DNA of 64,000 nucleotides from Octopus sinensis. Its lineage: Eukaryota. The notes below the pieces were generated by a model. The model did no database searches, was not told the DNA's origin, and worked only from the letters and a program-made list of their open reading frames with translations. Shown here piece by piece: positions 50,421 through 64,000 of this stretch. The DNA is taken from contig NC_042997.1 of the NCBI RefSeq assembly GCF_006345805.1, forward strand, positions 84,010,001-84,074,000, in the 5' to 3' direction. The position numbers were made by a program, and so were the translations under genes. Within the stretch, counting starts at the first letter, position 1; each line of letters starts with the position of its first letter.

Positions 50421-53400
50421 AAATGTGAATAAAAAAGATAAATAATATCAATTTCTTAGTAAATTTTAAGAAATACATACAATGAACTGAGATGGCACTG
50501 TTAATAAAAAGATGGCACATGTCAATAAAAAGCATTAATTGATAGCAATATTTTAAAAAGATTAAAAACGTTCAGGGGATTAATCATGCTGTATGTAAAA
50601 GAGACAATCAATTTCAGACAGTTACTGCACAAAGAGTTACCTCTCTTGTCCAAGTAAACCCAGGAAAGTGCGTTTTCTGCTCCCAGAGGTCCTGTTACTC
50701 ATTATGTGAAAAATTTTACGAGTCTAAAAACATCTCTGGAACATAAGTAATGTATGTTCCTAGTTTGGAGAAAACCAGTTGTGAACTTCAGAAGTTATGC
50801 AGGGTTACAGACAGACAGGAAGACACACACACACCACACACAAATAAATCATACTTACTGGTGAAGCATGATCTTCAAATGTTGGGCTTTGTGGAGGCAA
50901 TGACAAGTGACTGAGACCTTTGGCTATATGCTGTGCTTGAGAAAATCCATCAAGCCAAGTGAAATCATAGCCATGGCTGATGGTGGTGTCACGTAACAGG
51001 GACCCATGCTGGTGGCACTTATAAAGTATCCATTATGCTCTTGGATTGGTTGGCAATAGGAAGGGAATCCAGCCATATAAACCATGCCATATCAGATTGG
51101 AACCTGGTGTGGCACTACAATTTACCAGTTTCAGTCAAACCATCTAACCCATGCCAGCATAGACAATGGACATTAAATGATGATCACACACACACAAACG
51201 CACACATACATGCATATCTAATGTTACTTAATGGAAACATCTTGGTTTTATTCACTCTAAACTTAAAGAATTAAAAAACAACTTGATTTAAAATGCAAAT
51301 TACATGTGTTGTACTGCCAAACACATGCACACAAATCAATGATATTGTCTATATACTAAATGCAAAAACAATTTAAAGAGTAGAGAGAGAGGGTCATATC
51401 TGCAAGACACACACCATTGAAACTATTTTCATACTCTACTCTTGACTGGCTTTTTGTTCATTCTCATAAGTTTGAACTTTTTAACACCAACCTGAGACCA
51501 TCCTGGGAACTATGATGGAAACTTCCTGTTTGATGTGATCTAAATTAAAATCTTGTGTCAAGCTTTCCTGTTAATTTATATTCCAAAGATCAGCCAAATA
51601 ATGATAAATTATTTTATTGAATTCTTTATTATTTTCAAAATAAATAAAAAAAAAGGTGATCCTAATCTTGTGGGCTTTTGATAAAGTAGCCATGCTGATG
51701 TCACATAAAAGCAGCTGTGCCGATGTTGTGTAAGAGTACTCAATACACTCAGAAAAGTGGTTGACGTTAGGAAGGGTACAAAACTCCAAATAATCATTTG
51801 TATGGATATGTACTTGTGTGACAAATAATGGTGCATTTGCTGGAGAAGAATGGGCAATGCAACTGAAGAGGAAGGAACTCACAGGTGAGTTTCCTCTGTA
51901 TATCATGTAACATAGATACCACAGGAAGCCAGTCATGCTACTACAAAGTTACCAGGAGAGTTAGGGAAAGTGTAGAATAGCACACATTTGGATGCTTGTC
52001 TGAGTTCGTTAGTTGTCAAGCAATAAAAATTCCTTGGATTTTATCAGACATATCTGTACTGTAGTTAGGAGAGAAAGAGAGAGAGAGAGTTCTGTTATCT
52101 TGAGGTCTAATGAGTGAGGTGAGAGCTTGTTTGATGGTGAATGGATCATCAAAGCTGCCCAGACAATATGTAAGAGAGTGCTAAAACAATCCAACACTGT
52201 GACCCTTTAATTTACTGACGCTATCATAAATACTGTTATTTGGTTCTACTTTGCATAGACACATATATTGATGTTCAATCAATTTTGCTTAAAATTATTG
52301 CATGAAAATGAAAATTTTGTTCCATAATAATTAGAATATATCTAAAGAAATATATTTTTAAATAAAAGTGTTTCTGCCATAAAAGCTGCATTATAGGAGA
52401 TGAAATGTTAACCTGTTGCTGTTTCATTGATTATGTTGAGAATTTTGAAGAATAATTGTCAAAATATTTAGAATAATTGCAACAGCAATTATTGAAAGAT
52501 TAATGGCAGCCTACAAGCCAGAAAAAGTGCTTCTATGTAATCTCTTGTTCTGCTAAAAATAACAGCCAGATCTTTTTAGAATATTGGATTGTGTCATCTG
52601 AGAAGAACAAAATGTAAAGATGGGATGGTTACGATTAAAATAACTTTCTTTAGTCATAAGTTCACTCATTCAAAGCTGATCTGGGGATAAACAACATCCT
52701 GAGGATGACAACAAACCAACAAGTGAACTATGTGGCTAGTCAACTTGCTATAAAGAGCGGCCAAATTTTCCTTAAATGACACCTTACAGTATAAAAAGAA
52801 AAAAAAGGACATTTAGATAATATTATTATTTGGCACCAGCATAATAATATTTTCACTGGCACCAGCATAAGTACAATGTCCAACTCAGAGTATATGTGAA
52901 GGATCTTCAGTGGCATTTTGGTTGAACAGGACACTATTTGGAGTCACACATCCATTTTATCAAGCATGCACCTTTTAATTGCTTTCATACATTTGGCTCT
53001 TTGATAATTATTTCAGAAGGTTATGGTCTGGTATTCATGATGGCACCATGTAAAAAAGCTTCTGAGCTGACACCACATAATAGCACCCATGTTGGTGCCA
53101 CATAAAAAGCAGACAGCACACTCTAAAGTAGTTGGTGTTAGGAAGGGCATCAAGTTGTAGAAACCAAGCCAAAACAGACTGGACCTGATGCAGCTCTCAT
53201 ACTTGCCAGCTCTGGTCAAACTGTCCAACCCATGCCAGCATAGAAAACAAATGTTAAATGATGATGTCAACATACACAGGTATCTTACTCAAATCAGCAC
53301 ACAGAGAAGATGTGGATATCATGATCAAGGTGATGGATATTTTAAAAAAATATAAAAGAGAAAAAGAAAACCATGACAGCTTGCTACTTCATGCTTTGTG

Positions 53401-53821
53401 TAAAAAACAGTGTTCCTTGGTTTCAGACATTATCTGCCAGTAAATCACACCAGGAATTTTCAAGAGATGTTACAGCTGTTACTCAGCCTGGTCTAGTCAC
53501 AAAAAAGGCAAAAAGGTTAATAGTGATGAAAAAAACTAAGATCTGGGCTTGCTCATATCGTCATCATCATCACTGTTTTAACATCCACTTTCCATGCTCA
53601 CATAAGTTGGATAGAATTTATTGAGGCAAATTTTCTATAACTGCATGCCCTTCCAAGCACCAACCTTCACTTGTTTCCAAGTAAGGTAACATTTTTTCAT
53701 GGCTAGTCATAGTTTCATGGAAGAATGAAGGTTTAGAAACAAAGAACACTGCTTGCATGACAGTAATGCTCACAGCTATCATGTGATGTCACACCAAGGG
53801 GACAGCAATACACATATGCAT

Positions 53822-55625
53822 AGCAGCACCATAGTCAATTGCTACAAAGGTAAAGGTGACACATTAGATACAAATAATTACAGAGGTATCAGGTTGTTGG
53901 ATTACGTAATGAAAGTAACGGAGAAGGTCATAACCCAACTAATTAGGGAGAGAGTCAGTCTAGATGAGATGCAGTTTGGGTTTGTGCCAGGGAAAAGTAC
54001 CACTGATGCAAAATTTCTGGTGAGACAGCTGCAGGAGAAATACCTAGCCAAAGATAAGCCTTTGTACCTGACTTTTGTTGACATGGAGAAAGCCCCTGAC
54101 AGGGTCCCTCGATCCTTTATCTGGTGGTCAGTGAAGAAACTAGGGATAGATGAATGGTTAGTGAGAGCTGTGCAAGCCATGTACAGGGATACTGTCAGTA
54201 AGGTGAGAGCTGACGATGAGTACAGTGAAGAATTCCGAGTAGGGGTAGGGGGTCCACTAAGGATCAGTCCTCAGCTCCCTCTTATTCATCATAGTCCTCC
54301 AGGCAATAACAGAAGAATTCAAGACAAGATGCCCCTAGGAGCTTCTCTATGCTGATGACCTTGCTCTAATTGCTGAGTCACTATCAGAATTAGAGGATAA
54401 GTTTCAAGTATGGAAGCAAGGATTAGAATCGAAGGGCCTTAGAGTCAACCTAGGGAAAACCAAAGTCTTTAATAAGTAGGAAGGCAGACAAACCACAAAT
54501 CCCTTCAGGTAGATGGCCCTGCTCAATCTGTAGAAAAGGTGTAGGTAGAAACTACATAAGATGTACCCAGTGTAAGCTATGGACACATAAGAGGTGCAGC
54601 AATATCAAAGGAAGGCTAACTGGGAAGATAGTTTTAGCATGTGGCAAAATGCTCAAGAGCAATAAACACTGAAAACGCGCAGAGAACTGCTTCTGTCACA
54701 TTCCAGGGGTAAAAAAACTAGAAGTAGTTGATAGCTTCCATTACTTAGGTGACCAAGTCAGTAGCTGGGGTGGATGCTCTGAAAGTGTTACTACTAGAGT
54801 AAGGATAGCCTGGACAAAGTTCAGAGAGCTCCTACCTCTGCTGGTGACAAAGGGCCTCTCACTTAGAGAAAATGGCAGACTGTATGAGGCATGTGTGAGA
54901 ACAGCTATGCTACATGGCAGTGAAACATGGGCTGTGACTGCTGAGGACATGCGTAAGCTTGCAAGGAATGAAGCCAGTATGCTCCGTTGGATGTGTAATG
55001 TCAGTGTGCATACATGACAGGGTGTATGCACCCTGACAGAAAAGTTGGACTTAAGAAGCATCAGATGTGGTGTGCAAGAGAGACGACTGCACTGGTATGG
55101 TCATGTGTTGCGAATGAATGAGGACAGCTGTGTGAAAAAGTGTCACACCCTAGCAGTTGAGGGAACCTGCGGAAGTAGTAGACCCAGGAAGACCTGGGAT
55201 GAGGTGGTGACAAGTGACCAAGACTTCTGGAGATATGCTGTGCTTGAGAAAACCTGTCAATCCAAGTGAGACCATAACCATGGTCTATGTCAGTGTTGTA
55301 TAACCATCCCATTTAAGAGTACCCTTCAATCATTGGACAATAAACTATGATTGCAAAGACCTGTTGAGGCAGGTGAAATCTGCCTGATAGGCACTCATGC
55401 CAGTGGAATGTTAAAAGCACCATTTGAGCATGATCATTGCCAGGACTGCTGACTGGCTCCCATGACGGTGGCATGTAAAAAAGCACCATTCAAGCGTGGT
55501 CGTTGCCAGTGCTGCCAGACTGGTTTCTGTGCAGGTGGTACGTAAAAAGCACCATTTGAGTGTGGCTGATGCCAGTACTGCCTGACTGGCCCTCGTGCCG
55601 GTGGCACGTAAAAGCACCCACTACA
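53822..55625 (+). mobile_element. 5'-truncated RTE-clade LINE (RT domain, frameshifted) with 3' UTR containing ~66-bp tandem repeats
   Basis: YKGKGD..NYRGIRLL..QFGFVPGKSTTDA..LQEKY..FVDMEKA.DRVPR..; then QGSVLSPLLF-like, LLYADDL and RRLHWYGHVLRM. Antisense to TMEM135. Confidence 0.95.
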
Positions 55626-55816
55626 CATAATTTTATATTTTTCTTCTCTTTTAATTTTTCAACCTCCAAAGGCCCTTTTCAAAAAATTCAAATTCACTAT
55701 CCAGAACCCTAAGGCCAACTGAAATAAAAGGTACATATTAGTGATAGAGGCAGTATTTATACTGAAAGGTAATATTTATCCCCACTTAAACATAGATGTA
55801 TTTACAAACTATATTA

Positions 55817-55942
55817 TGGGAGTTATCAGGAGAGAAACTCTCGTATTAGCTTTTTGCTGCAAAATACACTCGTTTCGTATATCACTAGAGTGCATTTTGC
55901 ACCAAAAGCCCACTGTGAGAGTTTCTCTCATGGTAACTTCCG
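55817..55942. mobile_element. 126-bp hairpin MITE with TA TSD
   Basis: ta|tgggagttatcaggagagaaactctc..gagagtttctctcatggtaacttccg|ta; almost fully self-complementary. Confidence 0.65.
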
Positions 55943-58900
55943 TAGAACACTTTGTTCTAACAGAACATCCACATTTAAATGGAGATAAATATCATTGTAA
56001 AAGGTGGCAAATTTGTAGACTCATTACAGCATAGCATAAAATATCTTGCAGCATTTGTTGTGGGGCTCTTTGCATTGTGAATTCTTGAGGGATAGACCTG
56101 AACTGTCAACTGATTTAACACCATCACCTTTCAGCTTGGGTGCTTTTAGCAGAGTGTACTTTGTGGCAGGCATTTGGATCAGGTCTTTGGTTTGAGGGTG
56201 ACTTTCTCCTTTTCCTCCAACCAATCTCAGGGTTCCTGAACAAAAATGAGGGGTCAAGGGCACTCCTCTTCTCTGCTTAAGTAAATATTAGAAAAAAAAA
56301 AGTTATATTGCTGTTATTGCAATTACAACTATGTGTAACCAAGTTTTAATATAGGTACAATGTCTCTATCTCTTGTAAATGGCAGCTAAAAGGGTTAACA
56401 AGAGGAAGGGCATCCAGCCTTAGAAAACTATCCAACTCACACTAGCATGGAAGAGCAAATTGTTGATGGTGAGTGGGAGGCTGATGATGATGCTTATTAT
56501 TAAACGAATATTTTTTATATTATTACAAACAATGAGGATTTCTTACATTATAACAACAATGATTTCATAACAATAATGATATGTTCTTTCTTTTTTCTTT
56601 ATTCATTATAAAAATAACAATAATGATTATAAAGGAAATATTATCATTATAAACATTACCAGTGGAAAATAACAGAACATTTTCTTATTAGAGAGCATAT
56701 ACATCATTAGGAAGATTATGTCAATAATAGGAGCAGAAAAATTAACAAAACCAAGCTATACATAATCAGAAATGGCCTTAATCATCCCATATGATAAGCC
56801 ACAGCATGATGCAGTGTATCTTGAACAATGGATCACAACTTTTCAACCAGATCGCTAGCAAACAACCTTCTGAATCTATGTCTCCAGTAGACACACACCC
56901 TCTCTTTCTATCTATCTTTTTCTTAATCGTTTAGCACTCAGATTACTCTGTCAAATATAATGCTTATTTATACACATTGTTTTCACTTAATTGTACATTA
57001 TCTCATAGCTTCAAGATTTTGATCATGTGATTGTTTATTTTAGAATGACATTGTAGGGTAGGTGTGAGAGGCCAGATCTGGCCGGTTTTAACATAAAATG
57101 GTAAATATTTTAGCTGGATATGACCAGTTTAAATGCTGAAGGGCTGATCATATACATACTACTAGTTCTGCCCAGTTCTGTGCTGGTAAAAATACCATAG
57201 CTTCTTGATGATCTACCTTTTTCAACAGCCCTGAAATGTTTATAACACTAAAAACACGGCATCCACAATGTTATAGAGTTACAACCAGTAACACAACTAT
57301 GGTTTTCAGTCTCCAGGCCTGCTGTGGTCCACTGCCTTCTTTCATCCTCTGCTTCTCTGCAGAAAACCCTCAAGTGACTCTTGCTTCTACAGGCTTACTA
57401 TTTGCACCACCAGTCTAATTGCCTTCTTCTTGGCACCCTCAATGGGATACAACATCAAGATAGCCTGGTGGTCTTGAGTGTGTGTCTGGGGGAGGGGGAA
57501 TGTCATCGTAACCTGCATGTCTATGTAAACTTTGCCTGAGCACATGTTGCATGTTCCTTCTGAGATTATTGATGGTTCATACTGTACTACAAAGGCAATG
57601 ATGAGCCAAAGAGTAACATCCAAACCAATGTTGCTAGCCATAACTCATGTTTTGTTTCCGCATATACAACAGTACCAGTCTGTAATCAGGTGTGTAGTGC
57701 TTCTTCTGTACTTGTTTGTTTGCCTTGTCTTCAGTATTAAAAACCAATCACACTCTTCCATACATCCTATCCCAGTCAATTGATTAGAGTATATATTCTC
57801 TAACTGCTCCTTTAAGGACATGTGGAAGCCTCATCTGTTTTTGGAAAACAGGTATGTTACTTTCCTTGATGAAATCATCAGGCAAAGGAGGCACAAGCTT
57901 TTGTGACACACCTCTACTGTGTTTTTTTCTTTTTTTTTCAAGAGCTGAGCCAAGCATAATATTTCATTTTGGTTGGTAATCAATGCTCACAAATAGTGAG
58001 TTTCTGTAATTGCTGTTTCTTTTCACTTACAATTTTTTCCACTTGGACTTGTTAAAATGTTACTGCCTGTATTAACAAATCTGTCTGTCTGTGCAACCAT
58101 CCTTATTTTTTAAATCTGTTTTTGCTCATAAAGTTTTCACTTATTTGTTTTGATTTTTTTATTTGCAATTCTTGAAAATGTATCCATTGCTACCAGATTT
58201 GTGGCCAGCACTTCTAAACCTTTCACCCAGAGTAAAAAAAGCCATAAGAAGTAATGAATACACTGCATTTACTAAACTATCAAATATAAAAATAATGTCC
58301 AACAAGAAACTTTATTCTTTTTCTACTCCAAGATAATGAGGTGGGCACTTAGCCATTATAAATGAAACAAAAAGAGAGTAGAAAAGAGAATGAGAGAGAG
58401 AAAGAGAGAGAAAACTTGTTTCATCAAACTTATCAAAAGCACTAAATCAAATCCCCAGAACTGTGTTACACATGTCCATTCACCATAAATAATGATATCA
58501 CAGACAACAATAATTTCTTTCTTGGCTACAAGAGCCACAAAAATAATCTAGAACAAAGGACAGTGGGAATTTATATAAACATGTATAGACAATTAAAAAA
58601 AACAATAATAATTAAGAAAAATATTCTTAAAACAAAATTCTCCAATGGAGAGGAAACACCTCCCAGAGGAAACCAAGGAATTCCACAATTCCTAAGCTAC
58701 CCTCACATCAGATGTAACATAGCAACTGCTCCAATCTCTACTGTCCTCTTCAGCCGACAGGCACCAGCTTAGGGTAGGCCTGCTTACTTATGTCATCCTC
58801 ACCATATTTATCCACCTTTACTGGAAGACAGCACCTTCCTCTCAATCCTCACCTTCCTTTATGAATAAAATTTTAAAATGTTGAGGTCTTGGCTGAAGAG

Positions 58901-59034
58901 GAAAGTGTGTCTTCAGTCCTTTCAGTTGTATCCACAGCACAACCTCTTTCACCATAGCTGCTGGTCAGAGGGAAACTACCTGCCTTCCTGGCCAAAGAAA
59001 GATGGTAAAGCAACATTCAGGAGACAACAAGAAC

Positions 59035-59810
59035 AACATCAATCATCATCATCATCAATATATAACATCTGCATTCTATGCTGGCATGGGTCAGACAACT
59101 GAACTGGGAAGGCCAGTGGTCACACCATGTTCCATAGTCTGTTTTGGCTTAGTTTCTACAGCTGGACACCCTTCCTTATGTCAACCGCTTTAGAAAGTAT
59201 AATGGGCACTTTTTATGCGGTACCAACACCAGAGCTTTTTTTACATGGCATCAGCACTTACACCAATACTTTTTATGTGGTTTCAGGATAACAGCTTGGT
59301 TTTAGGATGTCAATAATACTAATAATAATAGTTTCATTCTCTCACTCTCTCTCTCTCTCTCTGGTCAAGTAACCATGTACCTCCTCTACAGCAAGACATC
59401 TTTATCTGTCTCTCATTCACACTCGTCACCTTTCTCATCTGGCATGAGATTCCCTCCTCCAATTCCCCCTTCCCTATTAAAGGATCTTTGTCTTGCAAGT
59501 TACTTGGTGTCCCTGCTAGTGCCATGTAAAAAGCATCCAGTCCACACTGTAAAGTTGTTGGTGTTTAGAAGGGCATTCAGCTGTAAAAACCAGACCAAAA
59601 CTGACCTCACCTGTGATGGTGCCATAGAAAAAGCACTCAGTTCACTCTACAGGGTGGTTGATGTTAGGAAGCGAATCTAGCTATAAAAACTATGTCAAAA
59701 TAGACACAGAAGTCTGGTGCAGTCCTTTGCCTAACCAACTCCTGTCAACCATCCAACCCATGCCTGCATGGAAAGTGGACATTAAACGACGATGTTGATG
59801 ATGATGATGA
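59035..59810. mobile_element. Two family C RTE-tail repeats in opposite orientation (~59035-59280 minus, ~59500-59810 plus)
   Basis: (CAT)n..gctggacacccttcctta, and ..gaagggcattcagctg..gacattaaacgacgatgttgatgat. Confidence 0.75.
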
Positions 59811-59838
59811 TTAATAGAGATAATAATAAATGAAATAC

Positions 59839-59931
59839 CTGGATTTTCTTTCTAAACAAATACTAAGTAAAGCAGCCGAGGCAGCTGGTAAAAAACCAGT
59901 GGTCAAAAAATATATGTTTCCAAAAACATAT
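59839..59931 (-). CDS. TMEM135: TMEM135 internal coding exon (93 nt, phase 2/2): (R)[30 protein letters not shown](R)
   Basis: Minus-strand acceptor ctgtttttcttttctttttccag (AG at 59933-59932) and donor CCAG|gtattt. Open frame. The peptide matches the TMEM135 segment I recall from the vertebrate protein (..[25 protein letters not shown]..). Joins in phase with 8708-8741. Confidence 0.9.
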
Positions 59932-60670
59932 CTGGAAAAAGAAAAGAAAAACAGTGAAATTTTACTTCAGGAAAAACAAAAAGAATGGGAAAAAAATGCA
60001 AAGATTCAGAAATTTCTGCTTCCTCTGAATTAATTTTTCTGAAGAAAGATTACATTTTTTCAAAAAAAGAAAAGGAAGAAACAAAGAAAAAAGAAATGCC
60101 ACTTATCAATGAGCTAATCAAAATACTGAATTCACTTTAAAACAGAGGTAGTTGGTCTGCTAGTTCATATTATTTTTGGTAGCTATTTCTAGTTTTCTCT
60201 GAATTAACTTAAACTGAACATACACATATGAAAGTTTATCTTGTAGATATTAGTGAAACCCTTCAGTGGATTCCTGTTACCAATCAGTGCTGTGCTCCAT
60301 CAGACTGTTTTCGCTAAGATTCTCATAGCATATTAGCTTTTCTATGTGAAGTGGTTGCTAAACTGTCACACGAACTTTGTCCATTTCTGAAGAAAGGTGC
60401 CCTGTGATTGGTCTCTCACGACCCTTCTCCTAACATAACGTGACCAATTCAGAGAAAGAGGGAGGGGAGAGAGAGAGAAGAATCAATCCTCATATTTGAC
60501 TGGTATTTTATGGATCCATGATGGATGATAGACATAGTGACCTTAGCATGATTTGAACTCAGAGTACAGAGAGCAGTAATGAATACTGCAAGGCATGCTA
60601 TCCAACCCTCTAATGACTTTGTCAATTCATCAATGAACACGTGCAATATCATAATAATAATAATGACAAT

Positions 60671-60880
60671 TCTTTCTATTGTAGGCACAAGGCCTGAAAT
60701 TTGGGGTAAGGGGGCTAATTGATTACATCAACCCCAGTGCTCAAGTGGTACTTATTTTATCAACCCAAAAAGGATGAAAAGCAAAGTTGACCTCAGCAGA
60801 ATTTGAACTTGAAACAGAAAGATGGATGAAATGCTGTTAAATATTTTGCCCAGCATGCTAATTCTTTCAACTTGCCACCT
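60671..60880 (-). mobile_element. SINE family B, reverse orientation
   Basis: aggcacaaggcctgaaatt..ccccagtgctcaagtggtacttattttatc..aggatgaaaagcaaagttgacctc. Confidence 0.8.
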
Positions 60881-60904
60881 TCAATGATAATAATAATAAT
60901 ACTG

Positions 60905-62165
60905 TTATCATGTACGTTATTTTGTCTTGGTATAAAAGATGGGCTACAGCAAATATTCTGCTCAATACCACAGATTTGCTTGTCAGTTGTTTGACCAGAT
61001 GAGCATGTCCTTTGGTGGCTGACGATATGTGCATCTCAGATGACAAGCAGAAGTAGTGGGGGAGCATCATAGCCATGTGTTGAGAGGAATTCTTTGGAGC
61101 TTGAATAATTCACCTCTGGAAACATAGGTGTTTCGTTCAACATCCTTAAACAACCCTTATTCAAGGACCATTTGAGTAGGATGTGCTACTTGACCTGAAG
61201 AAAATTCTAACTGAACCCTACCTGTAAGGTCATGCGTTGTTTATCTTGATATGAGATAACTATGTCACGCACATATAATTGTGATGCATGTGCCTGGTGT
61301 ACCCTTATCAGACAGGTAGTCATGATGGGTATCTTGGGCCTCATTTATGAAAATACTAAAAATGAACCTGACCGCTCTCAAAAATTAAATTAAAAAAACA
61401 AAAAAAAAAATCCAGAATCCTTGTCTGGTACCAAATTGATCCCAAAATCTAATCAGTTCATGCAAGTCACGAGGTCAAACATCCCTGAAAGTTTCATCCG
61501 AATCCATCCGGCAGTTCTTGAGATATCTTGCCTATGGAAAAACAAACAAATGTGACTGAAAAAATACCTTTGCCTTCGCTAAGGTGGAGGTAATAATAAT
61601 ATTGTCCTGATGCAATACCAGGCAGTGGCTCTTATGGCTTCTGATCTTAACTGATTGGAAATTTTATCATGTACATTGTTAAGTCATGGTATAAAAGATG
61701 GGCTACAGCAAATATTCTGCTCAATACCACAGATCTGCTTGTCAATTGTTTGACCGTAACCAGTTGAGTACGTCTCTTAGTGGCTGACAATATGTGCATC
61801 TCTGATCATGAGCAGAAGTTGTGGGGAAGCATCATAACCATGTGTTGAGAGGAATTCTTTGGGGCTTGAATAATTCATGAAAACATGGGTGTTTCGTTCA
61901 TCATCCTTAAACAACCCTTATTCAGTGCTCTTTTGAGTGGGATGGGTTACTCGACCAGAAGAAAATTGGAACTGAGCCCTACCTGCTAGGTCATGTGCTG
62001 TTTATCTTTATATAATATCACCATGTCATACACATGTGGTTGTGATGCATGAGTCTAGTCTACTCTTATCAGACTGGTAGTCATGATATGTATATTGGGC
62101 TTTGTATAATTGTTCCCAAGTGTCACTTTGATGGCATGTGCTGCTCTCTCATTTAATAATAGTAA
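60905..62165 (+). mobile_element. Two copies of the family E repeat (LINE-3'-like, ends in (AAT)n): ~60905-61345 and ~61598-62165
   Basis: ttggtataaaagatgggctacagcaaatattctgctcaatacc.. is repeated; a reverse fragment lies at 6405-6632. Confidence 0.8.
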
Positions 62166-63254
62166 TAATAACAATCCTTTCTTTATTAGCTACAAATGGC
62201 TCTAAGTGGTAAAATAAAATACACTACAAATACAAGCAAAGTGGGATAGATGTTATATAAAGGTAAGAGGAAGAATTAAAGATGTTATACAATATATAAG
62301 GGGACAAGTTAAAAGTCTATAAAAACACACAAATAATTACACAAAATTATTTAAAAAGTATAAAAGCAATAATTAAAATAAAATTTAAACAAAAAGATAA
62401 AACATGAGAAACATTTAGAATTCTCACCAACACATTGCTGAAAAACAACTATGTAGGACAGGTTAGAGCACTCTATATCTCCATTCATCTGCCATCCCAA
62501 GGTACCCATTTACATTTTCTAAATAGGTGAGGGGGTAAGAAACAATACATGTGTTCAAGCTCCACCCACTTTAATTTATTGTAATGCATTTTTTTTTTCC
62601 ATTCTTCTTATCAACATCCTGTCTAATGAAAGTCTTCTATAGTCCAGAAATCATCGCCTCTCAGAAATCATTGCAAATAAAAATACACCTTGAACAACAA
62701 ATGTGTGATTCTGCTATTGTTTCATTTTCATAGGTCATCATCATCATTTAACATCCATTTTCCATCTGGAATGGTTTGGGAAGTTTGATCAGAGCTAGTA
62801 TAGTCAGGGGCTGCACCAGGCTTCATTGTCTGTTCTGGCATGGTTTCTATGGCTGGATGCCCTTCCTAATGCCAACCACTCTACAGAGTGCACTGGGTGA
62901 TTTTTATGTGGTACCAGCACCAGTACTTTTAACATAGCACCAACAGTGAATGTTAATGCATCACCCTCCTTGTCATCATTATTGTTGTTGTTCTGAAGAG
63001 GATGTGGTTCTTCACCACCTTTTGTTGTTTCCTGCAAATTTCTATTCTTCTTTTTCGGAGGACTTCTTTTGCTTCTTACTGTTCTCCCTTACAGTCTGGA
63101 GCTTTTCCCCCAATTACCATTACCTATTACCCAACCCCCATCACAAGACAACAGAGTATTGGTGCTGTCACTGATTCGTATTTTGGGAACTAAGGTTTGC
63201 TGCTGCTACTGCTGCTGTGCACACATCTGTTCTGTCTCTCCATCACTATCAATG

Positions 63255-63800
63255 CTGTCCAGTGCCTCCTGACTGGCTCCCATGCCGGTAGCACGTAAAA
63301 AGCACCATCCGAACGTGGTTGATGCCAAGTCCATCTGACTTGCTCCCATGCCGGTGGCATGTAAAAAGCACCATCCAAACGTGGCCAATGCCAATACCCT
63401 CTGATTGGCACCTGTGCTAGTGGCATGTAAAAAGCACTATCCAAATGTGGCCAATGCCAATACCCTCTGATTGGCACCTGTGCTAGTGGCATGTAAAAAG
63501 CACTATCCAAACGTGGCCAATGCCAATACCCTCTGATTGGCTCCTGTGCTAGTGGCATGTAAAAAGCACTATCCAAACGTGATTGATGCCAGGCCCACCT
63601 GACTGGCTCCTGTGCTAGTGGCACATAAAAAGTACCCACTACACTTTCAGAGTGTTTGGAGTTAGGAAGGGCATCCAGCTGCAGAAACATTGCCAGATCA
63701 GATTGAAGCCTGGTGCAACCACTGGCTCTCCAGACCTCAATCAAACCAGCAAACCCATGCTAGCATGGAAAAATGGACATTAAACGATGATAATGATGAT
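63255..63800 (+). repeat. Family C RTE tail with about six tandem 66-bp units
   Basis: gtaaaaagca recurs at 63295, 63361, 63427, 63493 and 63559, with a variant at 63625; ends in a (GAT)n tail. Confidence 0.9.
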
Positions 63801-64000
63801 GATATATATATATCCTGCTAATTCCTTATAGTCTGCATTTTGTCTATTACATCTGTAAAAATGAAACATGTTAAGTTTCGGACAGATATAACAACACTCT
63901 TCAAGAGTTCAAAATAGGTTACGAAGAAAATTTGGAGCATGCTTGACACCAGGAAATATGGTAGTTCTGTTCTCACAGGTCTGACCTGGAGCTAAGCAAT

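Noticed and set aside
57200-57800. Possible non-LTR retrotransposon C-terminus
   Set aside because: I could not recover diagnostic motifs in any consistent frame.
59830-60033. Plus-strand ORF MKYLDFLSKQILSKAAEAAGKK..
   Set aside because: Antisense shadow of the TMEM135 exon and its polypyrimidine tract.
60247-60317. Possible plus-strand terminal exon DISETLQWIPVTNQCCAPSDCFR*
   Set aside because: No upstream partner exon or recognisable homology.
63190-63744. 184-aa ORF with 22-aa repeats; CRISPR-like periodicity
   Set aside because: Produced by the 66-bp tandem repeat in an RTE tail. There are no unique spacers or cas genes, and the context is eukaryotic.

Overview
AT-rich, CpG-depleted, repeat-dense animal genomic DNA. 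The SINE/LINE/MITE repertoire looks like Octopus (coleoid cephalopod); this is inference from recognised repeat families. The only host gene I can support is TMEM135 on the minus strand, seen as two small exons (59839-59931, 93 nt; 8708-8741, 34 nt). They splice in frame to [42 protein letters not shown] across a ~51 kb intron, and neither is in the ORF track. The rest is intronic: tRNA-derived SINEs, RTE and CR1-type LINE relics, Penelope-like (PLE) relics, Helitron, hAT, mariner and piggyBac-type elements/MITEs, and large microsatellites. The most notable signal is seven type I hammerhead ribozyme motifs from about five sequence families. Four of them sit as inverted pairs in two adjacent long fold-back elements (24556-25209, 25255-25672). 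There is also a near-perfect 321-bp-arm palindrome (40593-41284) made of a young CR1 3' end plus its own flank. Almost all long ORFs in the track are microsatellite or antisense artefacts. Repeat boundaries were read by eye and are approximate unless termini are quoted.
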